From positions 3,658,001-3,722,000 of the forward strand of contig OX597826.1 in the NCBI GenBank assembly GCA_951406725.2: a stretch of 64,000 bases of DNA, read 5' to 3'. This DNA comes from Octopus vulgaris. Its lineage: Eukaryota. The number at the start of each line of letters is the position of its first letter. Positions within the stretch are counted from its first letter, which is position 1. Of this stretch, positions 41,328-55,884 are shown in pieces. The position numbers and the translations under genes are program-made. Under the pieces are notes generated by a model. That model had not been told where the DNA came from, ran no database searches, and worked only from the letters and a program-made list of their open reading frames with translations.

Positions 41328-42119
41328 TCTTTGGAAGCAAAGAGATTATTACATTTTGGATTTAACCTGTAGGTCAATGCATTAATGTAGCCTCGTTTGC
41401 CCTGTACTGAAATACTCCTAACTCTTCCAGTGAAAATCCCCCACTGCATTACGTATAAAACGTAAAGGCAAACTAACCTGCAGGAATACATGTATGACGT
41501 AGCATACCATGGTTCACTTCCACACCTTTAGTACTATTTGTTTTATTTTGCCAACCTTCATTATAGACCCACGAGCCAAGACTATGGGAGATCAGCATGG
41601 ACTCAAGGCATTCAAACATCATCCATCAAATCACGTATCTCGGATTGGAGAAAAGAAAGAACGTATGAGGAAGAACATATGAGGGAGGAAGAGAAAACAA
41701 TGTTGTAGTGATAGCTGTAATGACTTGTTCGATCTGAACCAACGAGAATGACTAAGTAATAAGAAAAAAAAAAGCCAACAGTTAGAACAACCATATTAGA
41801 AAGCACAATAGGAATGATGAAGTAATGAGGGGGATTCTGTGACGCCTAATAATGTACCGCTAGAAACAACAGCTAAGTTGTTACCTCCACCGTCAATACC
41901 AGACAATAAAGCTTACCATATTTTGAAAAGAAGAGAAACGGAGAAGAAAAATGTCGTCTAGGATATGTTATCTGAAAATAGTGTATTGTGGTCATGGTTG
42001 GACCGTTCACACATATTTAATTCATTTCAGTTGATCTGAGATTAAAGACGGCCGTACGGTCTAGCATACGTCTATACTTCGATCCTATAACTTTTTACAC
42101 TGACTTACAAGATAATAAA

Positions 42120-42186
<67 letters not shown>

Positions 42187-42357
42187 GTGACAGAAATAGC
42201 AGCAACAAAATCATTAGAACAAACGAGAGAAGAGTAATAACGACTATGCAGTAAATCATACTTGAATTACTTTCTGATCTTCAACGCGCTCAGAAAATCA
42301 GTAGAAATTACTTCAAAGTATACTGTTGAAGAAGATTTTACTCATTACACAGTAATA

Positions 42358-42592
42358 CAGTAATTCCTCGACTATCAGGGGTGGTACGTTCCAAAATCTC
42401 CAACAGAAATAATCAAGATCTAGAAGTGTATAAATACCTGGCGGTCGCAGAGTTCTTCTTGTTCTGGGGAGTCCGCAATATAAATTTGCATAAATTAGCC
42501 AGAACAATCTGCGATATATTGAGTGTACGATAGATGAACCGCGATTTACTGAGTACGTGATAAGTAAACCGCGATATGGCGAGGTATTACTG
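42358..42592. mobile_element. pogo/Tigger-type MITE
   Basis: Structure TA-cagtaattcctcgactatc...gatatggcgaggtattactg-TA: imperfect CAGT-starting TIRs and a TA TSD. Confidence 0.75.
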
Positions 42593-42819
42593 TACTGCAG
42601 TATTACAATAATGTTCTATTTTACATTAAAGTAAAGCATAGAGAAATATCCTCATGTAGTCAGAATTAATTATTTCCTATATTGTGCAGGACAACGTGTC
42701 TTTCGGGTGTATTTCGAATTTGCTAATTAAAGGCATAACGAAATGAATTTTTCCTTATCGGCTAAGAGGGCAATGTCACTGGGATCGATGTATACTTTGG
42801 CTCATAATTGAATTTATTA

Positions 42820-43065
42820 TTCTGTTATGTCTGGGGAGAGTCATTTTCTTTTTGTACCTTATAATATAACACACTCACCGGTAAAATTTCCACTTATTTC
42901 TTATTTTCATTTTCTAAAATTTTCGTTGCGTGTTGCAACATTTTCAATAGTTTTGACTCTCAAAATTGTCTGGGGAGAATCATTTTATTTTGTGCCTTAT
43001 AATGTAACAAACTCACCGGTAAAATTTCCCCAAAATGAAAATGACTCTCCCCAGACAAAACAGAA
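42820..43065. repeat. Element with a 139-bp direct repeat and ~29-bp terminal inverted repeat
   Basis: tgtctggggaga(g/a)tcatttt occurs at 42828 and 42967. Its reverse complement gaaaatgactctccccagaca is at 43037-43057. Confidence 0.75.
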
Positions 43066-44016
43066 AAGGCTTCAACACACGAACTCGTATAAAAAATCTT
43101 GCAAACCAAATCCAAAAATGAATTTATTATATTCCTTACACAACATGAGGCAACGTAGCTTGCAGAATAAACTGGGTATTGAATAACGTGTTGTGTAGTC
43201 AGGACTGTTTTTTGTCGATGGCCAAGACGTTTAAATCTAAATTGCCATTCCCATCAAATTATTTGTAAATGTTGCATGGTTTACCGTTTAATGTAACGGG
43301 CAGAGGTTGCAATGTGGGTCAGGAGTGCCAGACTTTCTTTCGTGGGGCTGGGTTCATTTCTACAGCCAGCAGATGCCACCAATAGAAAGCTAGCGACCAA
43401 ACCATGACGCAAGCAGAAGTGTCATTTACATGTCGTCTGACCCCTTCAGAAATGGTAAACAAGTAAAATCAATTGATGCATAAAATTTCGTAAATCAATG
43501 GATAAAATGAAGAGCAACAAGTACCTGTTGAATCCAGCGTATTTCCTCATAGGGAAATAAATAAAAAGGCCTACTCGCCTTTGTCCTAATTCGAAAATTA
43601 GTAAGAGAACCACTAGGAAATATGATAAGACAAAAATGGAAACCAAATTCCTCTCCAATCTCAACCATGATTTGGAATAAAATCTACATGTGACAAGTGT
43701 AATAGCTATATTAATAAAAATGTAACGGTAAAACCATAAATAATGAACAATAAATCTTTGAAAGAATTGGTGCAGTGTATGATGATTATGCATAGAAAAT
43801 TAAGCTCATTAGTTGTTTTTTCTTGTCATACACATCTAATGAATTATGTAGAATTGACAACAGCCACAGAACAATAGAATGAGTAAATATATTATTAAAA
43901 CACATACATACACACACACAAACACACAAATACATATATATATACATATATACATTATATATATAGAAAGAAAAGTATCAATAGAGTCAAAACGAAGAGG
44001 GAGTACGATTCGACAA

Positions 44017-44072
<56 letters not shown>

Positions 44073-44365
44073 GTATGTATGCATGTATGTATGTATGTAT
44101 CTATGTATACAAGTATATCAAGTATATATGCATGTGTATATATATATGTATGTGGGAATTTTCCTTGTGTTGTATGTCCTGTACTCTAATTTTTCGTTGT
44201 TTAAGAAAAATGTCCATTTCCTTGGTTTTATGTTTCTGTTTTCGTTTCTCATCGTGTTCGACGTTTTTTGGTGTCCTGTGCACATATATGCATTTATATA
44301 TACATATAGATGTAGGTACGTACATATATGTATGTATATATGCATATGTTTTAATTATTAATTTG

Positions 44366-44409
<44 letters not shown>

Positions 44410-44460
44410 ATAACTGTTTGTACAGATACACAGGTATACATACATTTATATATAAATGCA

Positions 44461-44498
<38 letters not shown>

Positions 44499-44679
44499 GA
44501 GAGAAAGAAACAATAAAGAAACAAAGAAACGAAGACGTCTATTAAAGTACAATGTCGCAAGTTCGACAGAAGGTATATATCATAATGTATACCAAGAAAC
44601 CTTAATACAGATAAAAATTATACTATATATCTATAAAGCAATATATTTCAATATAGCGTTCCTCATTCAATCTCTCTGC

Positions 44680-45125
44680 ATGATACCTTGGGCAAGTATT
44701 ATCTATTATAGCCCTAGGCAAACGACAGACTTCTGCGTGAATTTGGTAGACGGAAACTTCAGCGTTGTTCATCTGAAATTGACCGAAAAGCATGTATATA
44801 TAGAAGAGTTTTTTGCTTCATATCTTTGTGTGCCGATTCTGCCGATAAGAAAGGAACGTTAGCGCACCGGGCGAAATGCTTAGCGGTTTTTCGTCTGCCG
44901 TTACGTTCAGAGTTCAAATTCCGCCGAGATCGACTTTGCCTTTCATCCTTTCAGTGTCGATAAATTAAGTACCACTGGGGGCGATGTAATCGATTTAATC
45001 CCTTTGTCTGTCCTTGTTTGTTCCCTCTATGTTTAGCCCCTTGTGGGCAATAAAGAAATAAGGAACAAATAATACAATGTGACAGTGGGTCAAAACACCC
45101 GGTCAAAGCCGGGGTACGTTGTTGG
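44680..45125 (+). mobile_element. Helitron 3' part carrying a SINE-D fragment, interrupted by a SINE C
   Basis: Aligns to the reverse complement of 46527-46740. 3' hairpin cccggtcaaagccggg. The SINE C at 44858-45059 has TSD aaggaac. Confidence 0.7.
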
Positions 45126-45216
45126 CTTTATATAGATATGTTTGCATGTTAGTATGTCTGTGTGTATATATATGTGTGTGTGTGTGTGTGTGTACATGTA
45201 TATATATATATATATG

Positions 45217-45336
<120 letters not shown>

Positions 45337-45389
45337 TAGATAGATAGATAGATATATAGATAGATAGATATATAGATAGATAGATAGAT

Positions 45390-45482
<93 letters not shown>

Positions 45483-46276
45483 TAGATATAGATATAGACA
45501 TATATATCTTCGTACTCAAAACATAAGAACATAGGATATTGTCGTGCATGGGACATTAAATTTGCTGATGAAGTTCCATATCAATTAAGTATACCATATG
45601 TGCATACACATAGTCATAGATCATCGAAATACTTGTGGTGATTTCTGTCCTTTCCCAAACATGATTCCGTTTCTACTTTGAATGGCTTCAAATAGGCATC
45701 TTTTGAGGAATAATGAACACAAATCATCGAAGAACAAATGATATACTTCAAGCTACATGAATTAGATTATACCTGTAAAACATTTACATCGACACTGGTA
45801 AATAATATTCCAGTTGTGGAAACACGCTTTTCCGGAACGAGATGCACCCAACGTCATAGATAATTATGTCCCTCTCCTTGATAACTTCTTCCGTTTCCAT
45901 GACGGATAGCCTGTATTGTAAGAGATGTTGTGCAAGCAACCTGCCTCAATCTCCAAGGTCAGCATATTCTCTTAAACCAAATTTGAATCTCGCTATATTC
46001 TCATTAAATTCGAAGTAGATGTCATTTTCAAACTTTCAGTTACATGATGACTCTATGTAGCATTATGTTTTGAGATTGAAATCTATGGTCATTCACTCAG
46101 CAGAAAATGCATGGGTGAATGTAATATTTCAAATAAGCTAATGGCAGGAATTTTCATTAATATATTTCCTGAGTTTAATTTTACATTTCGTTTTGAGCAA
46201 GAAAAAAAATACTTCTAAATCTTACCAACAGTTATAGATCATTGTGGAATGAAAGGAGGAAGAACTCCAAGAAATT

Positions 46277-47240
46277 TTACTCTTTTTTACTCTTTTACGC
46301 GTTTCAGTTAATTAACTGCGGCCATGCAGCTACACTGCCATCAAGGGTTTTAGTCGAAGAGATCGAGCCCAGGAATTATTCTATCGGTCACTTTTGCCGT
46401 ACCGCTACGCGACGGAAACATAAACACACCACCATCAGTTGTCAAGTGATGATTGGTGGACAGGCATAGACACACACACACACACACACATTTACATGCA
46501 TACATGCATACATACATATATATATACTAGAAACGTACCCCGGCATTGCCCGGGGATTTATGGCCTATAGTCTCATTCTATTATTTGTTCCTTTCTTATA
46601 TGCAGAGGAGTGTGAAACAAAGAACTCTTTTTTATAAGTATGTCTTTCGGGCATATTCTGATGAACAATGCTGCAGTTTCCGTCTACCAGATTCAGTCGG
46701 AAGTCAGTGGTTGGTCTAAGGCTACAGTAGAAAACGCCCGTGGAAAAATGAGGTTCGGAAGCGAACTCCTCAACCATTCAGTATTTCTTGTACCTAATAT
46801 GTGTGTGTGCCTCTTTGTGTGTTTGTGTGTGTATGTCTTTGCGTGTTGACATTTATTGTTAAATCGAGTACTGATAAAGACTCTTCAAGCAGAGTTACTT
46901 GCCTTAATTACAAACCTCAAAATTGTGCAAGCCCACCTAGTTTTTGAGGTTATTTTTGTAGTAAAAAATAGTTGTTGTGCAAAAGACATAGCCAGTTTGG
47001 TAGCCGAAAGATTATTGAATCTTATATAACTCATACGTCAAAAACAGCAACACAGTTTTCGAATCCATAAAAAAAATACGCGCACCCCAACACAAAGTCT
47101 GTTTTATATGTTAAGATATATATATATACGACGGGCTTGTTTCAGTTTCCGTCTACCAAATCCAATACAATCCCGAGGCTGTAGTAGAAGATACTCTCCC
47201 AGTGTACCACGCAAGCCTATATTACCACCCAGCCACGCTT
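46277..47240 (-). mobile_element. SINE family D split by a Helitron insertion
   Basis: The 3' half is at 46277-46525 and the 5' half at 47120-47240. They are collinear once 46527-47116 is removed. Confidence 0.75.
46527..47116 (-). mobile_element. Non-autonomous Helitron, 590 bp, both ends intact
   Basis: On the minus strand it starts TC (47116-47115) and ends with hairpin cccgggcaatgccggg then CTAG (46530-46527). Inserted between A and T with no TSD. Confidence 0.85.
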
Positions 47241-47841
47241 AATTAACTTCTCAAAGGTAATTTACATTTCTTTGTAACCAGGTGTAGCTGTAGACATGTT
47301 TTGGAACATTGGACATCACCAGTATAACAGTGTTTCGTGTCTGTCAAAGCAATTTTTTAATTATAGAAAAATTTATGAATTATCTTTGTGTGGTATGAAT
47401 TGCGTAATTGACAAAAATTAAATTAGAAAAGGAAAATAACTCAGATTTTTATTAAAATTCTTGAAGCAAATGCTAAGCTTAATGTTATTCATTCTTTGAC
47501 TCTTAAAACCTAACAAGGGGAGAAGCTTTCGTAATATTAGGCAGCCCTATTTGTGTAGCTTTTAACCTATTTCAGTTTTTTTCTCTTGTTTATTGTTATT
47601 GCCTGTATCCTAGGAGCATACTATCCTTGCATATGCATGCCCAAGGTCATCATTAGTAATTTATACCGGTAGAGAAAAACGGGATATTCCTATCCCTTAG
47701 ACAGCTATTCCAGCCGCTAACTCTACTTAACCCTCTCTCTCACTCTCTCTATATATATGAATATATATATATATATATACTGTTGGCAAATGAAATAGGG
47801 ATAAGAATATGCATTGTCCGTTTAATTGGAAAATTCTATAT

Positions 47842-47927
47842 GTGGCTGAAGATTGCTCAACATTTTAAAACTCATGTAATACTTACTGTGTTTTATAAAA
47901 TGAAGTAGCACGAAACAATTGTACTAC
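47842..47927 (+). ncRNA. Hammerhead ribozyme, minimal/dimeric type with long stem II
   Basis: Reads GTGG-CTGAAGA-tTGCT...cattttaaaac...gttttataaaatg...AGCAc-GAAA-CAATTG-TA-CTAC. Palindromic stem III and GUA triplet. The stem II closing pair is mismatched (U.C). Confidence 0.7.
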
Positions 47928-47958
47928 TCTACCTTGGATATCCTTGTTGCTTATTTTG

Positions 47959-48016
<58 letters not shown>

Positions 48017-48118
48017 TATTTCTATTTGGATATATTTGGGGTACTTAAGTCTGCTCGGGACTTGGTGCTTGCTTTTTCAGTGGGTATGAATAAGTATTTC
48101 ATTTATATCTCGCGTATG

Positions 48119-48177
48119 TGCCGCTGAAGAGGGGAAAATTTCTTGTGAATTAACCCCGAAATTGGACCAATACGGTA
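48119..48177 (+). ncRNA. Hammerhead ribozyme
   Basis: Reads TGCCG-CTGAAGA-GGGG aaaatttcttgtgaattaa CCCC-GAAA-TTGG a CCAA-TA-CGGTA. All core nucleotides and all three stems are present. Confidence 0.85.
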
Positions 48178-48390
48178 ATAACGAATTTTTTAGAGATTTC
48201 TATCGGTTTATTTCGAGACGCATAAATTTAATGGTTATCGACAATTTTTTTTGTTTCGGCGTATCTGGCATTAGAATTTTTCTTCTGCCCTTATCTTGTA
48301 AATTATGTATAAATTTTACCTTTAAAGGCATTTTTTGATATGCTGGCCATTGATAAAAATTTTTTCCGGAAAAAAATTTTATCCTATATC

Positions 48391-48448
<58 letters not shown>

Positions 48449-48807
48449 GCGTGTATGTGAGTGCATGCGTATGACTGTTTGCGCATGTCAGTGTGTGCGT
48501 GCATGTGCGTAAGTACACCAGAGCAAAATTTCTTCGCAGTAAGTGTTGTCAGCTGACTATTTATATTTATTTATTTATGTATTATTTATGTATCTATTTT
48601 TACTGGCAATGGTGAAGGGTTCCGGCTAAACAGAAATTCTGCGACTGTAACAGACGGAATCTCCGATTTTCTTGTCACTGCCTTTTAAAAACAGTAAAAA
48701 AATAAACGAAAGAAACCAGGGCAACGTTCCTAGAATGGTTGCAGGGCAGAAGACGCAAGAGAATAATTCATCCAAAAACACCACCGTATTCTTCGTGTTG
48801 AATATTG

Positions 48808-48857
<50 letters not shown>

Positions 48858-48904
48858 TTCGTAGTAGTAGTAGTAGCAGTAGTATCAGTGACAGCAGCAA
48901 CAGC

Positions 48905-48969
<65 letters not shown>

Positions 48970-49143
48970 CAGTAGCAGTAGTAGTAAATTGTTTTGTCTG
49001 CGGTGGCCACCATTAAGAATTTGTTTGTAAACAATACAATAAAAAATGAAAAGAAAACAAATTCCCCACCCTCGGGGTATTTGCATTTCTATTTCATTTT
49101 TCGCTTCTACATTATTTTTGCCTTTGGTTCTTTCACGGTATTG

Positions 49144-49181
<38 letters not shown>

Positions 49182-49184
49182 GTA

Positions 49185-49292
<108 letters not shown>

Positions 49293-49742
49293 TGATGTTG
49301 CATTTATGATAATAACATGCAGATAGTTGCTTTTGATTCCGTTATATGCATACTGTTCAAAATGTTGCTGATAATAATAACGGTGATTATAGCGGAATAA
49401 TAGAATTACAAGAATAAGTGCAAAGAATGGAAGACGAAGGTAAAAAATGCAAAAAAACAAAACAAAACAAAAACAAAAAACAAAAGAAGGAATGGAAGAG
49501 AGAATGAAATGGTTAATAGAAACAGAATCGTCAGAAGGTGAAGGAGATGCTGCTGGAAAGCAACAACGACGACGATGACGACAATATTGTCGTTGGCTGC
49601 AGTAGCGAAGGAGGAGGAAGTGTCGGTGGCGACGGTGTCGAAGGCGACGGGGACATCGACGGCATCCATCGTAAGAACGATTGATACGATGAAGATGAAT
49701 ATCACGATGGTGGTTTCGACCCCGGAAGGATGAAAGGCAAAG

Positions 49743-49885
49743 CCGAGGTAGACTTTGCCTTTCATCCTTCCGGGGTCGATAAATTAAGTACCAGTTATGC
49801 ACTGGGGTCGATATAATCGACTTAATCCGCTTGTCTGTCCTTGTTTGTCCCCTCTGTGTTTAGCACCTTGTGGGTACAAAAGTAA
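49743..49885 (+). mobile_element. 5'-truncated SINE family C, preceded by an inverted copy of its core
   Basis: 27-bp perfect inverted repeat at 49716-49742 and 49753-49779. Confidence 0.85.
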
Positions 49886-50274
49886 TAGGTATATTTTCCG
49901 TTTTATCTATTATATTATTCTTGATACTATACATGTTAATGTGATTATTATTTCATTTAGTTCCATACCTACAGAGTTATTTCTTAAAATATCCATATTA
50001 ATTAATATCAGATATCTATAAATTAAAACGTAATTTCGCACGCATTGTTCTCTTTTGGACATTCGAATTTTCCCTCTACCGAAATCAAATCGGTCTTCTC
50101 TCCTGACCAGATCTTGAGTCACCTGATATATATATATATATGCATATATATATACATGTATATACATATGTGTATGTATATATGTGTGTATATGTATGTG
50201 TAATAGTATACACACATGCATATATATATATACATATATACATATATATATATGTGTGTATATATATATATATG

Positions 50275-50323
<49 letters not shown>

Positions 50324-50334
50324 ACATATATACA

Positions 50335-51150
50335 TACTAGATATGTGGGAAATTCTATCTGTGGTGTTGTTAACTAACTCCTTCTACATAGTTTTATCAA
50401 TTTTGATGAAAACTAGACACGTGCGTAGAACTCGTGTCTGAAAACTTCATGGCATACTCAGTTTATTGAAAACATCGATGGAAGGGATTCTTATATACAT
50501 ATCTAATGTAGCTTATTTTAAAAGCCAAGGGAAATAACCCATTCATTTTCCGAAATTTTTTTATATAAATCAAATTGAGTATGCTTATTTCTGAGTATTA
50601 GAACTGTAGGAGTTATTTTCGCAATTTATCCATTGCAACCCTTAAACAAGTAAATATATTTTCCTAAACAATAGGTTCACGTATTTCGGTTACTGACTTA
50701 TTCACGAATACACCAACATTAGCGCCCCTGTTGGTAGTATTCTCCGGGAATGCAAAAAAGTCCTTTTCAGAGTAATTTACTTTGAATTGTTATTATTTCA
50801 TATCTAATTAGCCTGTTATTACGTAACATGCTTCACGATTTTAGTACACGTACCTTATTAGTATTTCCTCCTATGTTCTATATACTCTGGGAACGCATTA
50901 AAACCATTTTAGGGGGCTACTTTATATGAAATCTTACTATCAGTTTAATTAATTTCATGTTGTTACATAACTGACTTCATAATTTGGATATTCATAACTT
51001 ACTTGGAATTCCTAAAAACCAGAACCAGTTCGGTAATCTCTGTAAATGCACAAACACTGTATTGTTGTTATTAGATTAGCGAAACAATTATGAGAATGGA
51101 ACCAAGGAATAAGCGCCGCTTTCCCAGGAATTACCGGGTACGTCTGCTAG
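50335..51150 (+). mobile_element. Probable non-autonomous Helitron
   Basis: 3' end cccaggaattaccggg-tacgtctg-CTAG resembles the other Helitron ends here. A caattttgatgaaaact motif lies near the 5' part. The 5' boundary is uncertain. Confidence 0.5.
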
Positions 51151-51163
51151 CATACATACATAT

Positions 51164-51195
<32 letters not shown>

Positions 51196-51459
51196 GTGTA
51201 AGTTATGTTACTATCAATATATATCTCTATCTATATGTATATATCTATCTCTAACTCTCTCTATATATATATATGTGTGTGTGTGCGTATGCATGTGTGT
51301 GTGTGTATGCGTGTGTGTATGTGTGTGTTTGTGTTTGTGGGTTTTTGTGTAGATAGATACATACATACAGAGATAGGTAAACAGATGGATAGACAGATAG
51401 ATAGACAGGTAGATAAATAAATAGACAGACAGATAGATAAATAGACGATATATAGATAA

Positions 51460-51537
<78 letters not shown>

Positions 51538-51694
51538 GGATAGAAAGATATATAAATAGAGAGATATATAAATAGTCAGATAGATAGACAAACAGAAAGA
51601 CAGATGGCTGGATGAATGGATGGATGGATTGATGGGTGGATGGATGAATGAATGGATGGATCAATGGTTGGATGGGTAGATGGCTGGGTGGATG

Positions 51695-51759
<65 letters not shown>

Positions 51760-52713
51760 GTACCTTGTATTATAGTTACCCTGGGGCAATAAATCGAAAA
51801 TTCGCTTCATATATTAGGAACGCGACTGGGCAGTGCTCTTCAGCATTTCATTTAAAAGAAAAATATTGCATTTATATACAACTTCAATTTGGCAAGAAGA
51901 CACATTATTTGTGTGTGGTTATTGGTATATTTTACTGTGAATACATCTTGTTCGCTGAAAATACCCGGAGGCATATGTTATAATTAAGGCGCCTAAAAGT
52001 TCTAATTCCACATCATATTGCTAGAAATATTATTTTAAACGCATGATTTGACTGACACAAGCATTAAGAAAGAAGCTAGTGAAATGAAAACGTTATTGCT
52101 TGCATCATTTACTAAATAATGTACAATTGCATACACATGAGGTGTCCGCATACCCCGCTTCAGTATTTATTAGGAAATCTTTCTATACCGTTGTTCAAAA
52201 TGAACTGGCATATCACAAAAATTGTTTTTTTCTTCACTGACGAAGTATAATAAATCCGAAACATGAGAAGAGTTGAGACTGTACAATCCGAAGTGATCCA
52301 CGGAGCATTAATTGGTTATACGTGTATGTGTGTGTTTACACACATACACACTCACGCACATATGCACCACTACACATGTACATATACTATGGGTTTCTTT
52401 TAGTCTCTTTCTATCAAATCAACTTAGAAGTATTTCGGCGAGGGGCTATAGGAAGAGAAACTTCACTAATGTACCTTGCAGTTGGACTGAACCTGAAACC
52501 CTGTGTTTAGGAAACAAAGAATGAGTGTGTATGTGTGTGTGTGTGTATGTGTGTGTATGCATATGAATATTCATATATTTATATTCATATATTTATATAT
52601 GCATGCATATATTTTCTATGCATTTGCATGAAGTTTAGCGAACAAAAGTCCCTATTTGGAAACATTTGTTTTCTTACTTAAATAACATGATCGATACAGC
52701 TAGTCACCTTACG

Positions 52714-53116
52714 CTTTTACTCTTTTACTCTTTTACTTGTTTCAGTCATTTGACTGCGGCCATGCTGGAGCACCGCCTTTAGTCGATCAAATCGACCCCG
52801 GGACTTATTCTTTGTAAGCCTAGTACTTATTTTATCGGTCTATTTTTTGCCGAACCTTTAAGTTACGGGAACGTAAACACACCAGCATCGGTTGTCAAGC
52901 GATGTTGGGGGGGACAAACAGACACACAAACACGCACACATATACATATATACGACGGGCTTCTTTCAGTTTTCGTCTACCAAATCCACTCACAAGGCTT
53001 TGGTCGGCCCGAGGCTATAGTAGAAGACACTTACCCAAGGTGCCACGCGGTGGGACTGAACACGGAACCATGTGGTTGGTAAGCAAGCTACTTACCACAC
53101 AGCCACTCCTACGCCT
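52714..53116 (-). mobile_element. SINE family D, full length
   Basis: Runs from a complete head aggcgtaggagtggctgtgtggtaag to the tail (gagtaaaa)3. Confidence 0.93.
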
Positions 53117-53503
53117 ATCTTGTAGACTTTGCTACACAAACATAATTGTGAAATGGCACACGTAATGAAATGCTGCACTTGTTTATCGAAATGACCATAT
53201 AATACAGATATATCAATATTCCCACCCATTATCATATGAACAACATGACGATTTTATTTCTATTACGAAAACTACTCTATATGGTTTGCACAAAAATTTG
53301 AAAACACGTAGACAACTGCTCCTGTCACAACAGAATTTGAGGTGGAACTGATTGTCGAGAGATGAGCGTTTGACTTAGTATAATATCAGTTATTTTTTGT
53401 GGAGACAATAATTTGTAATGGCCTCCCAGTTGAATATTTTCATATATTAGCAAAGTGAAATATTGGAGAAAAAACTTAATTGACCAGAAGAAGAGATTTT
53501 AGC

Positions 53504-53609
<106 letters not shown>

Positions 53610-54990
53610 GAAAGAGAAAATCAGGAAGGAATGTTATAGGAGAGTTCGTGCAGTCCTGAAATCTGAACTAAATGCACGTAACAAGGTGTTAGCTATAAAT
53701 TCCCTAGCAGTTCCAGTTGTTACTTATAGCTACAATGTGTTGAACTGGAATATGAGTGAAGTAAAGAATATAGATAGAAAAATACGCAAGCTGCTGAGTT
53801 GTAATAGGATGCACCACCCAAAGGCAGACGTAGATCGCCTTTACCTTCCCAGAGCCCAAGGAGCCTAAAGCTCGTGGAAAATCACGAGAGACGAAAGAAG
53901 CTTCATTCTATCATCAAGGAAAGCAAAAAATTTGCTATTGATCTCGTGCAGGATACCCAAACTGAACAACCCGAGGGAAGTACGGCAACTATTGTTGCAA
54001 AGAAGGTGAAAATGATGGCAATGAAAAAAGCGCACGAGCAATTGGCTGATAGGTGGGAGGAGAAACCTCTGCACGGCAAATATGTGACCCGCAGCAAACA
54101 AGCTGATGTTGACCAGAAGCAAACCCATCAGTGGCTGCGGAGCTCAGGGCTAAAAGCAGAGAGCGAAGGTTTCATCCTGGCTGCTCAAGACCAAAGCCTA
54201 TCAACCCGGAACTACCAGGCCAATGTGATGAAAAATGGAGCAGACCCAAAATGCCGATTCTGCAACGACATGATTGAAACAGTGGACCACCTAATCTCTG
54301 GATGTAAAGTCTTAGCACCAGTGGAGTATAAATTAAGACATGACAGAGTTGGCCAATATCTCCACTGGCTAATAAGTCGGCATTACAATATCAAAACTGC
54401 CGACAAGTGGTATAATCACCACCCTGAGGCTGTAACTGAAGGAGAAAATGTAACCATTCTGTAGGACTTTCCAGTACATACAGACCGAACCATCAAGGCC
54501 AATAAACCAGATATTGTTGTGAAAGACCAAAACAATAAAGTTTGCTTATTGATCGACATGAGCATCCCCTGTGATCATAATATCTCAGCGAAAGAGTTTG
54601 ACAAGCTCAGAAAATATAAAGACCTACTCATTGAAATTGAGAAAATGTGGCATCTCAAGGCGGTTACAATACCAGTGATCGTAGGAGCACTAGGAATGAT
54701 CAAGAAGGGAACCGAAAATTATATGAGAATGATCCCTGGCTTACCATCCCTGCAAGAAGTGCAAAAGATTGTCTTAACTGGTACATCACACGTATTGAGA
54801 AGAGCATTGTCGATGTGAGAACTGTTGCTGCTCATGCATTTTAATTTAACTTTAAAAAAAAAAAAAAAAATGAACGAACTACTGAGTTTGGTTTAATGGC
54901 CTACCAATATACACTATGAGTTTCTTTGCCCTAGGAGTCGGGAAGACACTCGGCAAGAAATGGAAGAAAATTTGAAAGAAGAAGAAAAAA
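53610..54990 (+). mobile_element. 5'-truncated R4/Dong-clade non-LTR retrotransposon (RT C-terminus, CCHC knuckle, RLE)
   Basis: Contains AINSLAVPVVTYS..DRKIRK..HHPKADVDRLYLPR, KPLHGKY, AAQDQSL, CRFCNDMIETVDHLISGC, RHDRV, ANKPDIV..LIDMSIP..K..KY and PVIVGALG. There is a deletion/frameshift near 53865 and a W-to-stop at 54462. (TAA)n on both sides. Confidence 0.95.
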
Positions 54991-54992
54991 AA

Positions 54993-55035
<43 letters not shown>

Positions 55036-55039
55036 TAAC

Positions 55040-55101
<62 letters not shown>

Positions 55102-55587
55102 TAATAATAATAATAATAGTGAAAACAAGGAATACGATCGCCTCGGCGTTGATGATGATGAGGAGAAGGAGGATAATGAGGATTTCTGATCATTAAGAAG
55201 AGAATGAATAGCATGATAATCAGCATAATCATGCTGACTGTGATGACGACAACGGTAATGATGATAGTGATGATGACGACGTTTGGGATTTTAACCGGAA
55301 GTGAGATCTACGTCCCGCCAGCCTTCGGTCCACAATTACCGAGTTTTAAATGAAATTGCCAAAGAGAAATATGTAGAGAACAAAATATGAATTGGAGCAG
55401 TTGGGAGCAAATCATTTTGCGGTCTCAAAGGAAACATAGGCGTGAACCGATCAAGAATTGACAACCGTTTAAGTTGGTGAACATTTAAGTGTAGGCTGAC
55501 AGCCGACAAGTGAATTTCGCCGGGGCTGATCAAAAATCATGAAACAAACTCAGTGTTGCTCATTTATAAATGATCCACGTCTTGCAT

Positions 55588-55884
55588 GTGGAGACACATG
55601 GCCTAGTGGTTAGAGCAGCGGACTCGCGGTCGAAGAATCGCGAGTTCGAATCTCAGGCCGGGCGATGTGTGTGTTTATGAACGAAACACCAAAGCTCCAC
55701 GTTGCTCCGGCAGAAGATAATGACGAACTTCTGACTCTTTCGCCACAACTTTCTCTCACTCTTTCCTCCTGCATCTTGCGGCTCACCTGTGACGGACTGG
55801 CGTCCTGTCCAGGTGGAGAACCCATACGCCAAGGAAACCGGGAAGCCGGCCCTTATGAGCCAGGTGTGGCTCGAGAAGGACAAA
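55588..55884 (+). mobile_element. SINE family B, full length with TSD
   Basis: A box tggcctagtgg and B box gagttcgaatc. TSD gtcttgcat at 55579-55587 and 55888-55896. Confidence 0.92.

Noticed and set aside
55588-55660. tRNA genes (also at 7355-7427, 8230-8304 and 32510-32580)
   Set aside because: These are SINE heads with A and B boxes. There is no complete cloverleaf, and they run into SINE bodies, some with TSDs.
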